The notes beneath the pieces were generated by a model. It did not search any database. It was not told the DNA's origin and saw only the letters and a list, made by a program, of their open reading frames with translations. DNA of 64,000 bases from Thermoplasmata archaeon (GTDB taxonomy: Archaea; Thermoplasmatota; Thermoplasmata; UBA10834), in NCBI GenBank assembly GCA_041548485.1, contig JBFESP010000002.1:10632-74631 (forward strand). The letters are read 5' to 3'. Below, in pieces: positions 1 to 8,655 of this stretch (positions are counted from its first letter, which is position 1; every line of letters starts with the position of its first letter). A program made the position numbers and the translations under genes.

Positions 1-254
1 GGTCGTTCCTGAAGGGGAAGCCACTCGTGATAGGCTGTCCGAAACTGGACGAACATGAAGCCTTCCAGGACAAGCTCTCACGCCTTTTCAGGGATGCCAC
101 GCCGAGATCCGTCACGGTGGTCATCATGGAGGTTCCGTGTTGTTCTGGACTCGTCCAGATGGTTCGGGAGGCAATCAAGAGATCCGGACGGGAGGTCCCC
201 CTGGAGTCACACGTGATAGGCATCGACGGAAAGAGGGCGACTACCCCGCCATGA
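1..254 (+). CDS. C-terminal fragment of an uncharacterised Cys-containing protein; the frame is open to base 1, so the N-terminus lies outside the window
   Basis: ORF track 27..254 begins at a GTG, but the upstream in-frame codons 3..26 have no stop. Contains a VVIMEVPCCSGLV Cys pair. No confident family assignment. Confidence 0.35.
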   Translation, partial: SFLKGKPLVIGCPKLDEHEAFQDKLSRLFRDATPRSVTVVIMEVPCCSGLVQMVREAIKRSGREVPLESHVIGIDGKRATTPP

Positions 255-328
255 AGAACGGGGTATCCTCGGAGACGGTTCTGTGACGCGGAACTCTGGT
301 TCGGCTTCGCACCGCACACGATAAAACG

Positions 329-892
329 GTGAAGACGCATCACCGGGGAGACATGCCGGTTGAGATAAGCTTGACGAGCAGGGCGCGTACCGTCAGCCCT
401 CATCTCTTGGAGGAGGTCGAGAGGAGGATCAGGCAGCTTCGCCCGTACTTCCCAGAGATGAAGACGAAGATCACGATAGGCCTGACACGATCGTACGACG
501 GTATGGCCTTTCAGACGGATGAGGGACATGTCAGGCTGATGCTCGATATCAGGAAAGCCCGGAACGGGGACTACAAGGCGCCGACATACTGGACGCTGGC
601 ACACGAGCTGATGCACCTCGACCAGTTCAACAACGAGATGGTTCCGAGCGGCGAGAGGGCCTGTGACCTGCACACCCTCGCGCGGCTTCCTCCCAGATTC
701 ATCGACGACTCCCCCAGCTATCTCGTCATATCGAGGAGCATCCGAGACCGCTGGGACGAGGACCATGCTAAGCTGGCCCACAAACTCGCCATAGAGGCAC
801 TCACAAGGAGAAGGAGGGGATTGAGGAACTACATCTGCTGGTGGGAGGAGCGATTCGAGAATGCCGTGGAGTGGCATCGCAAGGGAACGTGA
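329..892 (+). CDS. hypothetical protein with an HExxH (AHELMH) zinc-metallopeptidase-like motif
   Basis: 187-aa ORF. The HELMH motif resembles SprT/WLM/DUF45-type minimal metallopeptidases. No other recognisable domain. Confidence 0.4.
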   Translation: MKTHHRGDMPVEISLTSRARTVSPHLLEEVERRIRQLRPYFPEMKTKITIGLTRSYDGMAFQTDEGHVRLMLDIRKARNGDYKAPTYWTLAHELMHLDQFNNEMVPSGERACDLHTLARLPPRFIDDSPSYLVISRSIRDRWDEDHAKLAHKLAIEALTRRRRGLRNYICWWEERFENAVEWHRKGT

Positions 893-1044
893 TGTGCCCT
901 CACTTGAAGGCAGCACACAACGCATGTTTCCTGGAAATAGGGCTCAGAGGGGTGTCTCGACTCAGTACGTCGACAAAACATAGTGAATGGAAGGGGTTTT
1001 CCTATAGGATTGCGTGGATCCAGGTTCCAGCGGCGTGTCACCCA

Positions 1045-1536
1045 CTACTCGAATTCCTTCCTGGATACTCCGACAAGGATCAGGCCGATCAACGCGAAGA
1101 GCGATCCCAGCATGAACGGTCCGATCACAAACAATCCCAGCACTCCGCCGACTATGGCAAGGCCCCAGGATTTGCGCAGCAGGCCGAGAACGCCCCCGAG
1201 CACTACCACCAAGCTGAGTATTATCACAATGATACCACAGACGTTCATTATGTCATCAATCACGTCTGTAACGCCCGCGACATCCATGCCGTAGGCGTCC
1301 AGGTCCTCGACATCGATTGCAAGCAAGATGCCGCCCAAAGCTAGACCCATTATCCCCGCTACCATTATCAAGGCTCCACCGATGACAGGGATAACAGTCT
1401 TCTTCTTCGGGGGGGCTGGACCTTCTGCTGGGGCTCTGAAATCATGTCCGCAATGCTGGCACACATTGGCATCCATAGCGATGGATCTGCCACAAGACAC
1501 ACACATTCTGCTACCTTGTTCGTCAGTTGATGCCAT
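1045..1536 (-). CDS. zinc-ribbon (CxxC...CxxC) membrane protein
   Basis: N-terminal MCVSCGRS...CQHCGH zinc ribbon followed by about 100 aa of Gly/Ala/Ile/Leu-rich transmembrane segments. Start chosen at the internal Met, upstream of which the ORF continues to 1566. Confidence 0.5.
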   Translation of the reverse strand: MASTDEQGSRMCVSCGRSIAMDANVCQHCGHDFRAPAEGPAPPKKKTVIPVIGGALIMVAGIMGLALGGILLAIDVEDLDAYGMDVAGVTDVIDDIMNVCGIIVIILSLVVVLGGVLGLLRKSWGLAIVGGVLGLFVIGPFMLGSLFALIGLILVGVSRKEFE

Positions 1537-1809
1537 CAACTGGCCTCCTAACCGAACCCCGTGCACTCAGGTCCACATCCCTAGGATTCAGCCACGTGTT
1601 AATCGACTCCGGGGTTTATATCTGTTTGGTTCAATCAAATAGGAACGACCACGGATGAGCTGGCTAGCCTAATCTGGAGGCGGTTACTGACTAGAATCGA
1701 CGCCTTTCCGAGGAGAGGAGTCACTGCGAATCGTCTCAGCGACGCAGGGCGTCCGGCAGACCATTCCCCGGTTGAAACGGAGGGTGATCTCACTAGCTGT
1801 GCGTGGGAG

Positions 1810-1884
1810 CGGGCGCGAAGGGATTCGAACCCTTGACCGCTTGCTTAGGAGGCAAGTGCCATATCCAGACTAGGCCACGCGCCC
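1810..1884 (-). tRNA. tRNA-Arg (anticodon CCT)
   Basis: Reverse complement GGGCGCGTGGCC...CTTGC-CTCCTAA-GCAAG...GGGTTCGAATCCC...CGCGCCCG folds as a cloverleaf with a 7-bp acceptor stem, a TTCGAAT T-loop and anticodon CCT. CCA is not encoded. Confidence 0.85.
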
Positions 1885-1984
1885 TTGCGTGAGCTCCGGA
1901 CGTCGCGAGTCGGACAACGCCCTTCGCATGATACCGATGGGAATCGAGATAAGAGGTTTGGGCGGTCTCTGCCTAATGGCCGGG

Positions 1985-2872
1985 TCAGGTCTCTCTGTCC
2001 TCGTCGGACAGTTCCTCGGGGGCCTTCTCCGCTGTCTTCTCCACGGTCTCCGGCTCTGCCTCCGCCTCCTTGGTCGGCTCCTTGGCAGGCTCCTCCGATG
2101 GCTCTTCCTCGGCAGGGGTCGGTTCATCCTCCTTGGGCTTCGGCTTGGCGTACTCCTCCACGAAGGACACTGTCTCCGCGTCCAGCACATCCCTGAGGTC
2201 AGTCACGACCCTGTATTTGGTGAGCAACCACTTCTGGTCGTACTTGCACGCGTCAGGCAGCTTGATCTTATAGTTGTGTCCGTGGTGCTCTATCTCGAAC
2301 CCTTCCGCGGTCCCGTACGACATCCTCAGTAGCAGCTCAGCGATCTCCTTCGGCTTCGTCGGCTTCTTGGTGATCTTGTACTTGTACTTGAGAGTCCGGC
2401 CAGCGAGCCTGTTGTTGAAATCTATCCTGACACGTCCGGCGGTCATCGCGACGATGGTGGCCCGGCGGTTCCTTATCGTGACCTCCATGCCAACCTGGGG
2501 CTCGATGTCCTGCTTGAGGAACTCGCGCATCGGGTGTAGCTCCACCAGCTTGGGATCCCTTGGCCCAGCACCCTTCTCGGGGGGAATCGTGAGATCATAC
2601 TCCTTACCGACCTCAGCCTTGAGCATATGCTCGTCTAGTCCCGGGAACAGCCTCTCCCTGCCGACTATCAGAGGCTGGGGTCCGTACACCATCTTCTCGT
2701 CGAAGATCTCATTCTCCTTGGCGAGCGACTCGTCCGTCGTGTCGAAAAGCTCATCGGAACCATCGATCCAGCCGCTGAACTCGGCCAAGACAAGATTACC
2801 CGCCTCAATCTTCCCAATCCGCGCTTCATCCTTCTTCTCATGGTGCTTCTTAGCACCCTCGTTCTCGGTCAT
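1985..2872 (-). CDS. long-type archaeal FKBP peptidyl-prolyl cis-trans isomerase with an acidic Lys/Glu/Pro-rich C-terminal tail
   Basis: FKBP core motifs (VYGPQPLIVG, DLTIPPEKGAGPRDPKLV) plus an insertion/IF domain. The C-terminal about 60 aa are a low-complexity KPKPKEDEPTPAEEEPSEEPAKE tail. Confidence 0.75.
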   Translation of the reverse strand: MTENEGAKKHHEKKDEARIGKIEAGNLVLAEFSGWIDGSDELFDTTDESLAKENEIFDEKMVYGPQPLIVGRERLFPGLDEHMLKAEVGKEYDLTIPPEKGAGPRDPKLVELHPMREFLKQDIEPQVGMEVTIRNRRATIVAMTAGRVRIDFNNRLAGRTLKYKYKITKKPTKPKEIAELLLRMSYGTAEGFEIEHHGHNYKIKLPDACKYDQKWLLTKYRVVTDLRDVLDAETVSFVEEYAKPKPKEDEPTPAEEEPSEEPAKEPTKEAEAEPETVEKTAEKAPEELSDEDRET

Positions 2873-3045
2873 CTGATATCACCGCTGGTGCGCGGTTTGT
2901 GCGATACATAGCCGCCATTTAAAGGTTGCTATAATCGGAGCGCACTGCCAGACGTGTCTCGGAGGAGACCGACGGCGCCGTCGAGCGGTCAGGGTCTGGT
3001 CAAAACCTATATGCCCCCTCCCTCATTACTCGGCCAGCCCCGGAC

Positions 3046-3118
3046 GCCACCGTAGCTCAGCAGGAAGAGCAGCTGACTTGTAATCAGCAGGCCGGGAGTT
3101 CAAATCTCCCCGGTGGCT
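3046..3118 (+). tRNA. tRNA-Thr (anticodon TGT)
   Basis: GCCACCGTAGCTCAGCAGG...GCTGA-CTTGTAA-TCAGC...GGGAGTTCAAATCTCCC-CGGTGGC-T cloverleaf. 7-bp acceptor stem, anticodon TGT. Confidence 0.85.
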
Positions 3119-3269
3119 CATGATCGTTCTGACGGAGAAGACCAGGGGGGATGTCGTGGTTGGGGGTGGCAGCCTCCGAAGACCGGAGCCAGAGGCTGCC
3201 TTCATCGTGAGAAATCAGGCTGCCGCCTTGAGGCGGTGAAAGGGGTTTTCTGCAGGCCACGATCTCAAT

Positions 3270-3998
3270 TCAGAGGAGCAGGATCGGCTTGCCCGGCCTC
3301 AGGGGGTACTTCTTACACTTGTAGCAGTACCATTCGTTGTACTGGGCTATGAACTTCAGCTCGGATTTGCAGGTAGGACAGACCTTCTTCCCGGACGTAG
3401 CGCCGCTCTTGGGGGCGTAGGCCTTGCACGCGTCGCAGTAGTGCCGCTTGTACTTCTCGATGTACCGCAGTTTGCCGTTGCACTTCGTACATGAGTTCGT
3501 ATTCTTCGGCGCCCGAGGCTTGGCCTTCGCCTTGTGGAGAGGATACTTCTTGCACGCGTAGCAGTACCATTCGTTGTGCCTCTGGACGAACTTCATCTCG
3601 CCAGAGCAGTCAGGGCAGTTCTTGACCTCCGGCCCCTTCTTTGGCGCTTCGGCCGGCGCCTTGGCAGGTTCGGGTTCCTCGATGGCCACGGGGGCGTACT
3701 TCTTACAGCTGTAGCAGTAGTCCCTCTGATACTTCTCAATCCACTTCAGAGGTTGCCCGCAGTTTGCGCACATACGGACCTCGACCGACTCCTTCGGGAC
3801 CTCGGGCTTCGGCTCCTCCGGGACGCTCGGTTCCTCCTTGGGCTGAGCTTCCTCGACCTCGGGTTCCTCAGCGATCTCCTGTTCGGGTTCAATCTCCTCA
3901 TCGGCGATGTATGAATTGCACTCGTAGCAGTACCACTTCTCCATGTGCTCGAGGAAATTGGGTTCTTCACCACAATTCGGACACTTCGATGCTTCCAT
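3270..3998 (-). CDS. protein of five tandem zinc-ribbon modules (C-x2-C ... W-Y-C-Y-x-C-x-K-Y) joined by acidic or basic linkers
   Basis: The translation shows five repeats of about 27 aa: KCPNCGEEPNFLEHMEKWYCYECNSY, RMCANCGQPLKWIEKYQRDYCYSCKKY, KNCPDCSGEMKFVQRHNEWYCYACKKY, NSCTKCNGKLRYIEKYKRHYCDACKAY, KVCPTCKSELKFIAQYNEWYCYKCKKY. Confidence 0.6.
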   Translation of the reverse strand: MEASKCPNCGEEPNFLEHMEKWYCYECNSYIADEEIEPEQEIAEEPEVEEAQPKEEPSVPEEPKPEVPKESVEVRMCANCGQPLKWIEKYQRDYCYSCKKYAPVAIEEPEPAKAPAEAPKKGPEVKNCPDCSGEMKFVQRHNEWYCYACKKYPLHKAKAKPRAPKNTNSCTKCNGKLRYIEKYKRHYCDACKAYAPKSGATSGKKVCPTCKSELKFIAQYNEWYCYKCKKYPLRPGKPILLL

Positions 3999-4235
3999 CT
4001 TCGTCAGCTCCGGTCTTCGCAGGGTTCGCCGAACGGAGGGATTCCCTCCTGGAGCGCCTCCTGCTCTCCTGTGTGAATCTACGGAGCCCGAGCGTATATG
4101 AACATGTCATCCTAAGAATCAACCATGATAACGGATGCGTTAGGGCGGCCAGCATCCTAGTAGCCTACGTGTAGAGCATGCCAATGAAGGTGAAGGACCG
4201 ATATCGATCAGCGGAATCCCGAAGGAGGGACCGAA

Positions 4236-4724
4236 ATGCAGGTTATCGCCGGGCACGGGAAGCGATTGGCGCGCGACCGAGGAGCAGGGATCGAGGGGCT
4301 GCCGCTGCAGCTGCTGATAATGGTGGTGGTGGCGGGCCTAGGTCTGACAATCATCATGGGTTGGATGAGCTCGATATCGGCACCTAGGTCGATAGGAGAC
4401 ATATTCGTTACGCCAGGAGAGATCATGGTCCGCGACCTGGACGGGGACGGAATCTACATCCGTGAAGGGCTGACCCTTGCTGTGACTGTGACCGACCAGG
4501 ACGGCGACAGGATCGAAGGGGCGACCGTCATACTAGAGGGGGGCAGTATTAGGACGGAAGACGGGAGCCCCGTCAGTGGGGTCACGGACTCGAGGGGGCA
4601 GGTCGTGTTCACAGACCTTGTTGTGGAACACTTCGGGCGGACCCTCTCGACAGTGACGGTCACAGTGGCGAAGGGCGACTACGGCATCGACTCGAGCTTC
4701 GAGATACCGGTGATCCCGAGCTGA
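4236..4724 (+). CDS. small secreted or membrane-anchored protein with a pilin-like (class III signal peptide-like) N-terminus
   Basis: Basic N-terminus, then GAGIEGLPLQLLIMVVVAGLGLTIIMG hydrophobic segment, then a Thr/Val/Asp-rich beta-type domain. First of three tandem paralogues. Confidence 0.5.
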   Translation: MQVIAGHGKRLARDRGAGIEGLPLQLLIMVVVAGLGLTIIMGWMSSISAPRSIGDIFVTPGEIMVRDLDGDGIYIREGLTLAVTVTDQDGDRIEGATVILEGGSIRTEDGSPVSGVTDSRGQVVFTDLVVEHFGRTLSTVTVTVAKGDYGIDSSFEIPVIPS

Positions 4725-4730
4725 TGACAG

Positions 4731-5216
4731 ATGGCTATAGCTGCTGACATGACTGCTCTCGAGGCGCTGCCGCTCAGGCTGTTGATCGTCGCTGTCGTCG
4801 CGGGCCTCTCGGTCGTCCCCGCAGCCGGCGCGTTGCAGACCCTTCAGGACAGGAGTTTCCTTGACAGGTGCGCAATCCAGCTGGAGAGCATCGTCAATAC
4901 CGCCCAGGTGGTGTCCCTTGAGGGCTTCGGCTCTAAGAGAACTATCGACCTCGACTTCCGTTCAGACGGTTCGCTCGGGATGAACCGGCTCGGGATCGGA
5001 GGATGCTGGGCGGACCCGACGTCGTCGAGCGTTGTCCTGGAGCTGTCCTCCGGTCGCAAGCTCATCCGCTCGGCGGATGAGCCGTTCGTATGGTTGGCGA
5101 CAGGGTCCCATGAATGCCTTGAGACTTCGTCGCCCCTCTTCACCCTCTCGTTGGCAGCGTCACAGCTTGATGGAAGCCCGCTGGTGATTTGCGAGGTGGT
5201 TCCGTGGACTTCGTGA
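4731..5216 (+). CDS. small protein with a pilin-like N-terminus, paralogue of the upstream gene
   Basis: TALEALPLRLLIVAVVAGLSVVPAAG N-terminal motif, shared with the 4236 ORF as (I/L)E(G/A)LPL(Q/R)LLI. Stop TGA at 5214-5216. Confidence 0.5.
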   Translation: MAIAADMTALEALPLRLLIVAVVAGLSVVPAAGALQTLQDRSFLDRCAIQLESIVNTAQVVSLEGFGSKRTIDLDFRSDGSLGMNRLGIGGCWADPTSSSVVLELSSGRKLIRSADEPFVWLATGSHECLETSSPLFTLSLAASQLDGSPLVICEVVPWTS

Positions 5217-5677
5217 TGTCGAAGGTCGGGCTGTCGGTCTGCGCGCTGATCACCGCCTCCGTGCTCGGAGCGGTTGTATCGGATTCAGGAGTGGACGAGA
5301 GGAGGCAAGAGCTACGCGTCGTCCTGCAGAGGATGTGCGACCTCATCTCCTCAGCCGCCCTGGCGGGCGGAGACTCAGTCAGGGTGTTCTGCGTACCGGC
5401 ACTGTCGACCGGGGAGCCGATACGGACAACGGTGACCGTCGACGGAGCGATCGTGTCGTCGGGTACGGCCTCGGAGATAGGCCACCCGTGCACGCGGGTA
5501 CACCTCTGGCATTGGGACGGACGCGACCTGAACGACAGCGTCATAGCGGACCTGGACCGATCGCACGTCGAGACGACCGTTCACACGGGGGAGACTCTCG
5601 AGATCTTCGCGATGTCCATGGTGGTGGGTGACATGCACCAGGTGCTCGTCTTCGTCCTGAGCGCGGGGCCGAGCTGA
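5216..5677 (+). CDS. small protein with an N-terminal hydrophobic anchor (MSKVGLSVCALITASVLGAVVS), third member of the tandem set
   Basis: Its ATG overlaps the stop of the preceding gene in a TGATG arrangement at 5214-5218. Hydrophobic N-terminus followed by a Val/Thr-rich domain. Confidence 0.45.
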   Translation: MSKVGLSVCALITASVLGAVVSDSGVDERRQELRVVLQRMCDLISSAALAGGDSVRVFCVPALSTGEPIRTTVTVDGAIVSSGTASEIGHPCTRVHLWHWDGRDLNDSVIADLDRSHVETTVHTGETLEIFAMSMVVGDMHQVLVFVLSAGPS

Positions 5678-5682
5678 AGGCG

Positions 5683-6918
5683 CTAGAACTTCCGCGATAT
5701 ATCCTCCACGGCGTGCGCGAACTCGTCCACCTCTCCGGTCGTGTTGTATATGTACATGGACGCGCGGACGGCGCCATCGATCCGTCGCGATTCGAAGAGG
5801 GTGTGACAACAGTGCATTCCAGCGCGCACCATTATGTTCCTCGAATTGTCAAGTATCATCGCAACATCATGGGGAACCATCCCCTTGATGTTGAAGCTCA
5901 GGATGCCTCCTCTCAGGTTCGGATCTGCAGGCGCAAGTATTCGGATGCCGTCGATCCCCCTCAAGGCCTTCGTCATCCTGCGGTTCAGAGCCACCTCGTG
6001 CTCAGCGACCGCATCCAGGCCGATACGGTTCAGATACCGAATCGCCGCCCCCGCCCCGATTATCCCGCTGTAATTCTGCAGGCCCGCCTCGAACCGCTCC
6101 GGAGGGGGCAGGAGCTCGAAGGAGTTCAGAGTGGCGCCCGTCACTCCATGGCCGCCGTATGCGAGTGGAGTGAGATGACGAGATGATTCGTTCTTGGCGT
6201 ACATGATGCCCAAGCCGGACGGACCTAACATCTTATGAGCCGACACGACGAGATAGTCCACATCGAGGAGCCCCACGTCGATGTGCATGCTGGGGGCAGT
6301 CTGGGCCGCATCGAACAGTACCTTCGCCCCCCGCGAGTGGGCCATCTCCACGACCTCTCGCGCAGGCAGGGTGTACCCGGTGACGTTGGACGTAAGACAC
6401 ACCGCGACCAACCGGGTCCTGTCGCTCAACGCATCCTCGAAGGCCTCGAGGTCAAACGTGCCGTCAGATGAGGACCTCACGACTCTTCGGCGGATGCCGT
6501 ACATCTCCGCCGCGCGGAGCAGAGGTACATGGACGGAGTTATGCTCGTAATCCGTAGTCACAACCTCATCACCCCTCGTCAGCCCGGACCCGAAAACGAC
6601 CGTGTTCAACCCTTCCGTGGCGTTCTTGAGGAAGGCGATCTCCGCGGGGTCGGCGGCACCGAAGAAGTTGGCTGCCTCCGCCCTGACGTCGTCGCACTTC
6701 AACGACACCTCGGTCGCCAGCCTGTGGGAGCTCCTGCCAGCACATGCGGGTGTTGACTCGTAGTATTCTCTCACCGCGTCGATCACGCATCTCGGTCGCA
6801 TCGTCTGGCACGCGTTATCGAAGTATATCGGCGGCTCCGTGCCCCCTTCCCCCGACAAGAGGGGGAAGTCTCTCCTTACCTCAGAAGCGTCCATGGCCGG
6901 GACGGCGATGCTCGTCAC
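5683..6918 (-). CDS. sufS: class II (SufS/CsdA-type) cysteine desulfurase
   Basis: PLP fold-type I aminotransferase class V. SAHKMLGPSG lysine motif and C-terminal RAGMHCCHTLF (the RAGHHCA-type active-site Cys loop of group II desulfurases). Confidence 0.8.
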   Translation of the reverse strand: MTSIAVPAMDASEVRRDFPLLSGEGGTEPPIYFDNACQTMRPRCVIDAVREYYESTPACAGRSSHRLATEVSLKCDDVRAEAANFFGAADPAEIAFLKNATEGLNTVVFGSGLTRGDEVVTTDYEHNSVHVPLLRAAEMYGIRRRVVRSSSDGTFDLEAFEDALSDRTRLVAVCLTSNVTGYTLPAREVVEMAHSRGAKVLFDAAQTAPSMHIDVGLLDVDYLVVSAHKMLGPSGLGIMYAKNESSRHLTPLAYGGHGVTGATLNSFELLPPPERFEAGLQNYSGIIGAGAAIRYLNRIGLDAVAEHEVALNRRMTKALRGIDGIRILAPADPNLRGGILSFNIKGMVPHDVAMILDNSRNIMVRAGMHCCHTLFESRRIDGAVRASMYIYNTTGEVDEFAHAVEDISRKF

Positions 6919-7008
6919 AGTTATTTCTCACTTTTCGAGATTCGAGCGTCTTCTTCTGCAGGAAACACGAAGCCTTTAAAAACCGAGCAGACATCACCTT
7001 GAATTGCC

Positions 7009-8220
7009 ATGCCCGAAAGACCCAGCAGGAGGATATACTTCGACCATGGAGCCACGACGTGCGTTCTTCCAGAGGTCACGGAAGCGATGGCCCCGTACGC
7101 ATCCGAGAAGTACGGGAACGCCTCTAGCATTCACTCGTTCGGACGGGAGGCCAGGATGGCCGTGGATAACTCCAGGACACAGGTGGCGGCTCTCATCGGA
7201 GCGGATCCCTCTGAGGTGGTGTTCACATCCAGCGGTACGGAGTCGGACAACCTGGCGATCAAGGGGACGGCCCTGCACAAGAGCCGCGGGAAGGGCCATC
7301 TCATAACGACGGACATTGAGCACAGTGCGGTGCTCGAACCCTGCGCGTATCTGAAGAGCAAGGGGTTCGAGGTGACCAGGCTGCCAGTCTCGAAGGACGG
7401 ATTCGTGGACCTGAGAGACGTCGAGGCGGCGATCAGAGACGACACGATCCTCGTGAGCATCATGACGGCCAACAGCGAGATCGGCACGATCCAACCCGTG
7501 CGCGAGATCGGCAGGATTGCGCACGCCAAAGGTGCGCTGTTCCACACCGATGCCGTCCAGGCGGCGGGCAAGATGTCCATTGATGTGGACAGGGACAACA
7601 TCGACCTCCTTTCGCTATCGTCACACAAGTTCCACGGGCCCAAGGGCATCGGTGCCTTGTACGTCAGGAAGGGAACCAAGGTCGAGCCACTCCTCCACGG
7701 AGGGGGACATGAGAGGAAGTTGAGGTCCTCCACCGAGAACGTCCCGGGTATAGTGGGTTTCGGCAAGGCGGCTGAGGTCGCCCAGAGAGACATGTCTACG
7801 ACGACCGAGAAGATGCGGCAGATGCGCGACCGCATCATCAAGACCGTGCCCGAGACCATATCGAATGCGTACCTGAACGGACACCCGACGAACAGGCTCG
7901 TGAACAACGCGCATCTCAGGTTCGATTTCATCGAGGGGGAGGGGCTGGTCCTCCATCTGGACATGCTGGGTATAGCAGCGTCGACGGGCTCGGCCTGCTC
8001 CACGGGCTCCCTAGAACCCTCACCAGTCCTACTTGCGCTCGGGCTGACACACGAGCAGGCCCACGGGAGCCTCAGGATAACACTAGGCCGGGAAAACAAT
8101 GATGAGGAGGTAGGCTATTTCCTGGAGGTGCTGCCCGGTATAGTGTCCAAGCTGAGGGAGATATCCCCCCTCAGCAAGGGGCCAATGTGCAACCCCGGAG
8201 GTGAATGTCGTGTACAGTGA
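7009..8220 (+). CDS. iscS: class I (IscS/NifS-type) cysteine desulfurase
   Basis: IYFDHGATT start, SSHKFHGPKGIGALYV, and the ASTGSACSTGS active-site loop typical of IscS/NifS. Confidence 0.85.
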   Translation: MPERPSRRIYFDHGATTCVLPEVTEAMAPYASEKYGNASSIHSFGREARMAVDNSRTQVAALIGADPSEVVFTSSGTESDNLAIKGTALHKSRGKGHLITTDIEHSAVLEPCAYLKSKGFEVTRLPVSKDGFVDLRDVEAAIRDDTILVSIMTANSEIGTIQPVREIGRIAHAKGALFHTDAVQAAGKMSIDVDRDNIDLLSLSSHKFHGPKGIGALYVRKGTKVEPLLHGGGHERKLRSSTENVPGIVGFGKAAEVAQRDMSTTTEKMRQMRDRIIKTVPETISNAYLNGHPTNRLVNNAHLRFDFIEGEGLVLHLDMLGIAASTGSACSTGSLEPSPVLLALGLTHEQAHGSLRITLGRENNDEEVGYFLEVLPGIVSKLREISPLSKGPMCNPGGECRVQ

Positions 8221-8584
8221 CAAGGTGATGGAACACTTCGCCAACCCCAGGAACGTCGGGGAGATAGCCGACCCTGACGGGGTCGGCAAGGTAGGCAACC
8301 CCCATTGTGGGGATGTCATGTGGCTGTACATCAAGGTCAAGGACGACATAATCACCGACATCAAGTTCAAAACCTTCGGATGCGGCGCCGCGATAGCCAC
8401 CAGCTCGATGACAACTGAGCTGGCCAGGGGAAAGACCATCGAGGAGGCGAAGAAGATCTCCAGAAAGGACGTCGCCCATGCCTTGGACGGGCTGCCCCCT
8501 GTGAAGATGCACTGCTCGAACCTCGCAGCCGACGCACTTCACGAGGCCATCAAGGATTACGAGGCCAAGAAGGCTAAGAAGTGA
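8201..8584 (+). CDS. iscU: Fe-S cluster assembly scaffold IscU/NifU
   Basis: YSDKVMEHFANPRNVGE, GNPHCGDVMWLY, GCGAAIATSS, HCSNLAADAL are the canonical IscU Cys/His ligand motifs. Overlaps the iscS stop; the start could instead be the GTG at 8210. Confidence 0.8.
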   Translation: MNVVYSDKVMEHFANPRNVGEIADPDGVGKVGNPHCGDVMWLYIKVKDDIITDIKFKTFGCGAAIATSSMTTELARGKTIEEAKKISRKDVAHALDGLPPVKMHCSNLAADALHEAIKDYEAKKAKK

Positions 8585-8655
8585 TCCCCAGGAGATGCCG
8601 GGCGAGAGCCAAGAAAGATTATTGTAGGCGCCGGACCTATCCGACTCAGACACAA

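Noticed and set aside
27-254. Calling the first ORF an MvhD / HdrA-type [2Fe-2S] domain
   Set aside because: It has only a CC pair and a single additional Cys in the visible fragment, and the spacing does not match MvhD (CC-x-W-C ... C). It is left as an unassigned Cys-containing fragment.
1640-1700. Possible C/D-box sRNA (GGATGAG ... CTGA) upstream of tRNA-Arg
   Set aside because: The C box is not canonical (it lacks UGAUGA), and no convincing D'/C' boxes or terminal stem were seen.
1889-2876. Long plus-strand ORFs (147 aa and 200 aa) antisense to the FKBP gene
   Set aside because: They are Ser/Leu/Arg-rich low-complexity translations typical of the reverse frame of a GC-rich gene. The FKBP reading has clear family motifs.
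3641-4174. 177-aa plus-strand ORF opposite the zinc-ribbon repeat gene
   Set aside because: It is Arg/Pro/Ser-rich with no motifs, whereas the minus strand shows a perfectly periodic Cys pattern.
4236-5216. Assignment of the pilin-like proteins specifically to the TadE/Flp family
   Set aside because: The TadE consensus (AVEFALVLPvLLL) has an aromatic residue after Glu and Pro at +6, whereas here the pattern is (I/L)E(G/A)LPL with Pro at +3. Only a generic pilin-like N-terminus is claimed.
7131-8099. 322-aa minus-strand ORF antisense to iscS
   Set aside because: It has no domain signature, and its composition (Ser/Pro/Arg/Ala-rich) is typical of antisense frames in high-GC DNA. IscS on the plus strand is unambiguous. 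The same reasoning rejects 8646-9416(-), 19630-20703(-), 22904-23785(-), 31923-32762(-), 33534-34313(-), 52619-53275(-) and 57182-57889(-).
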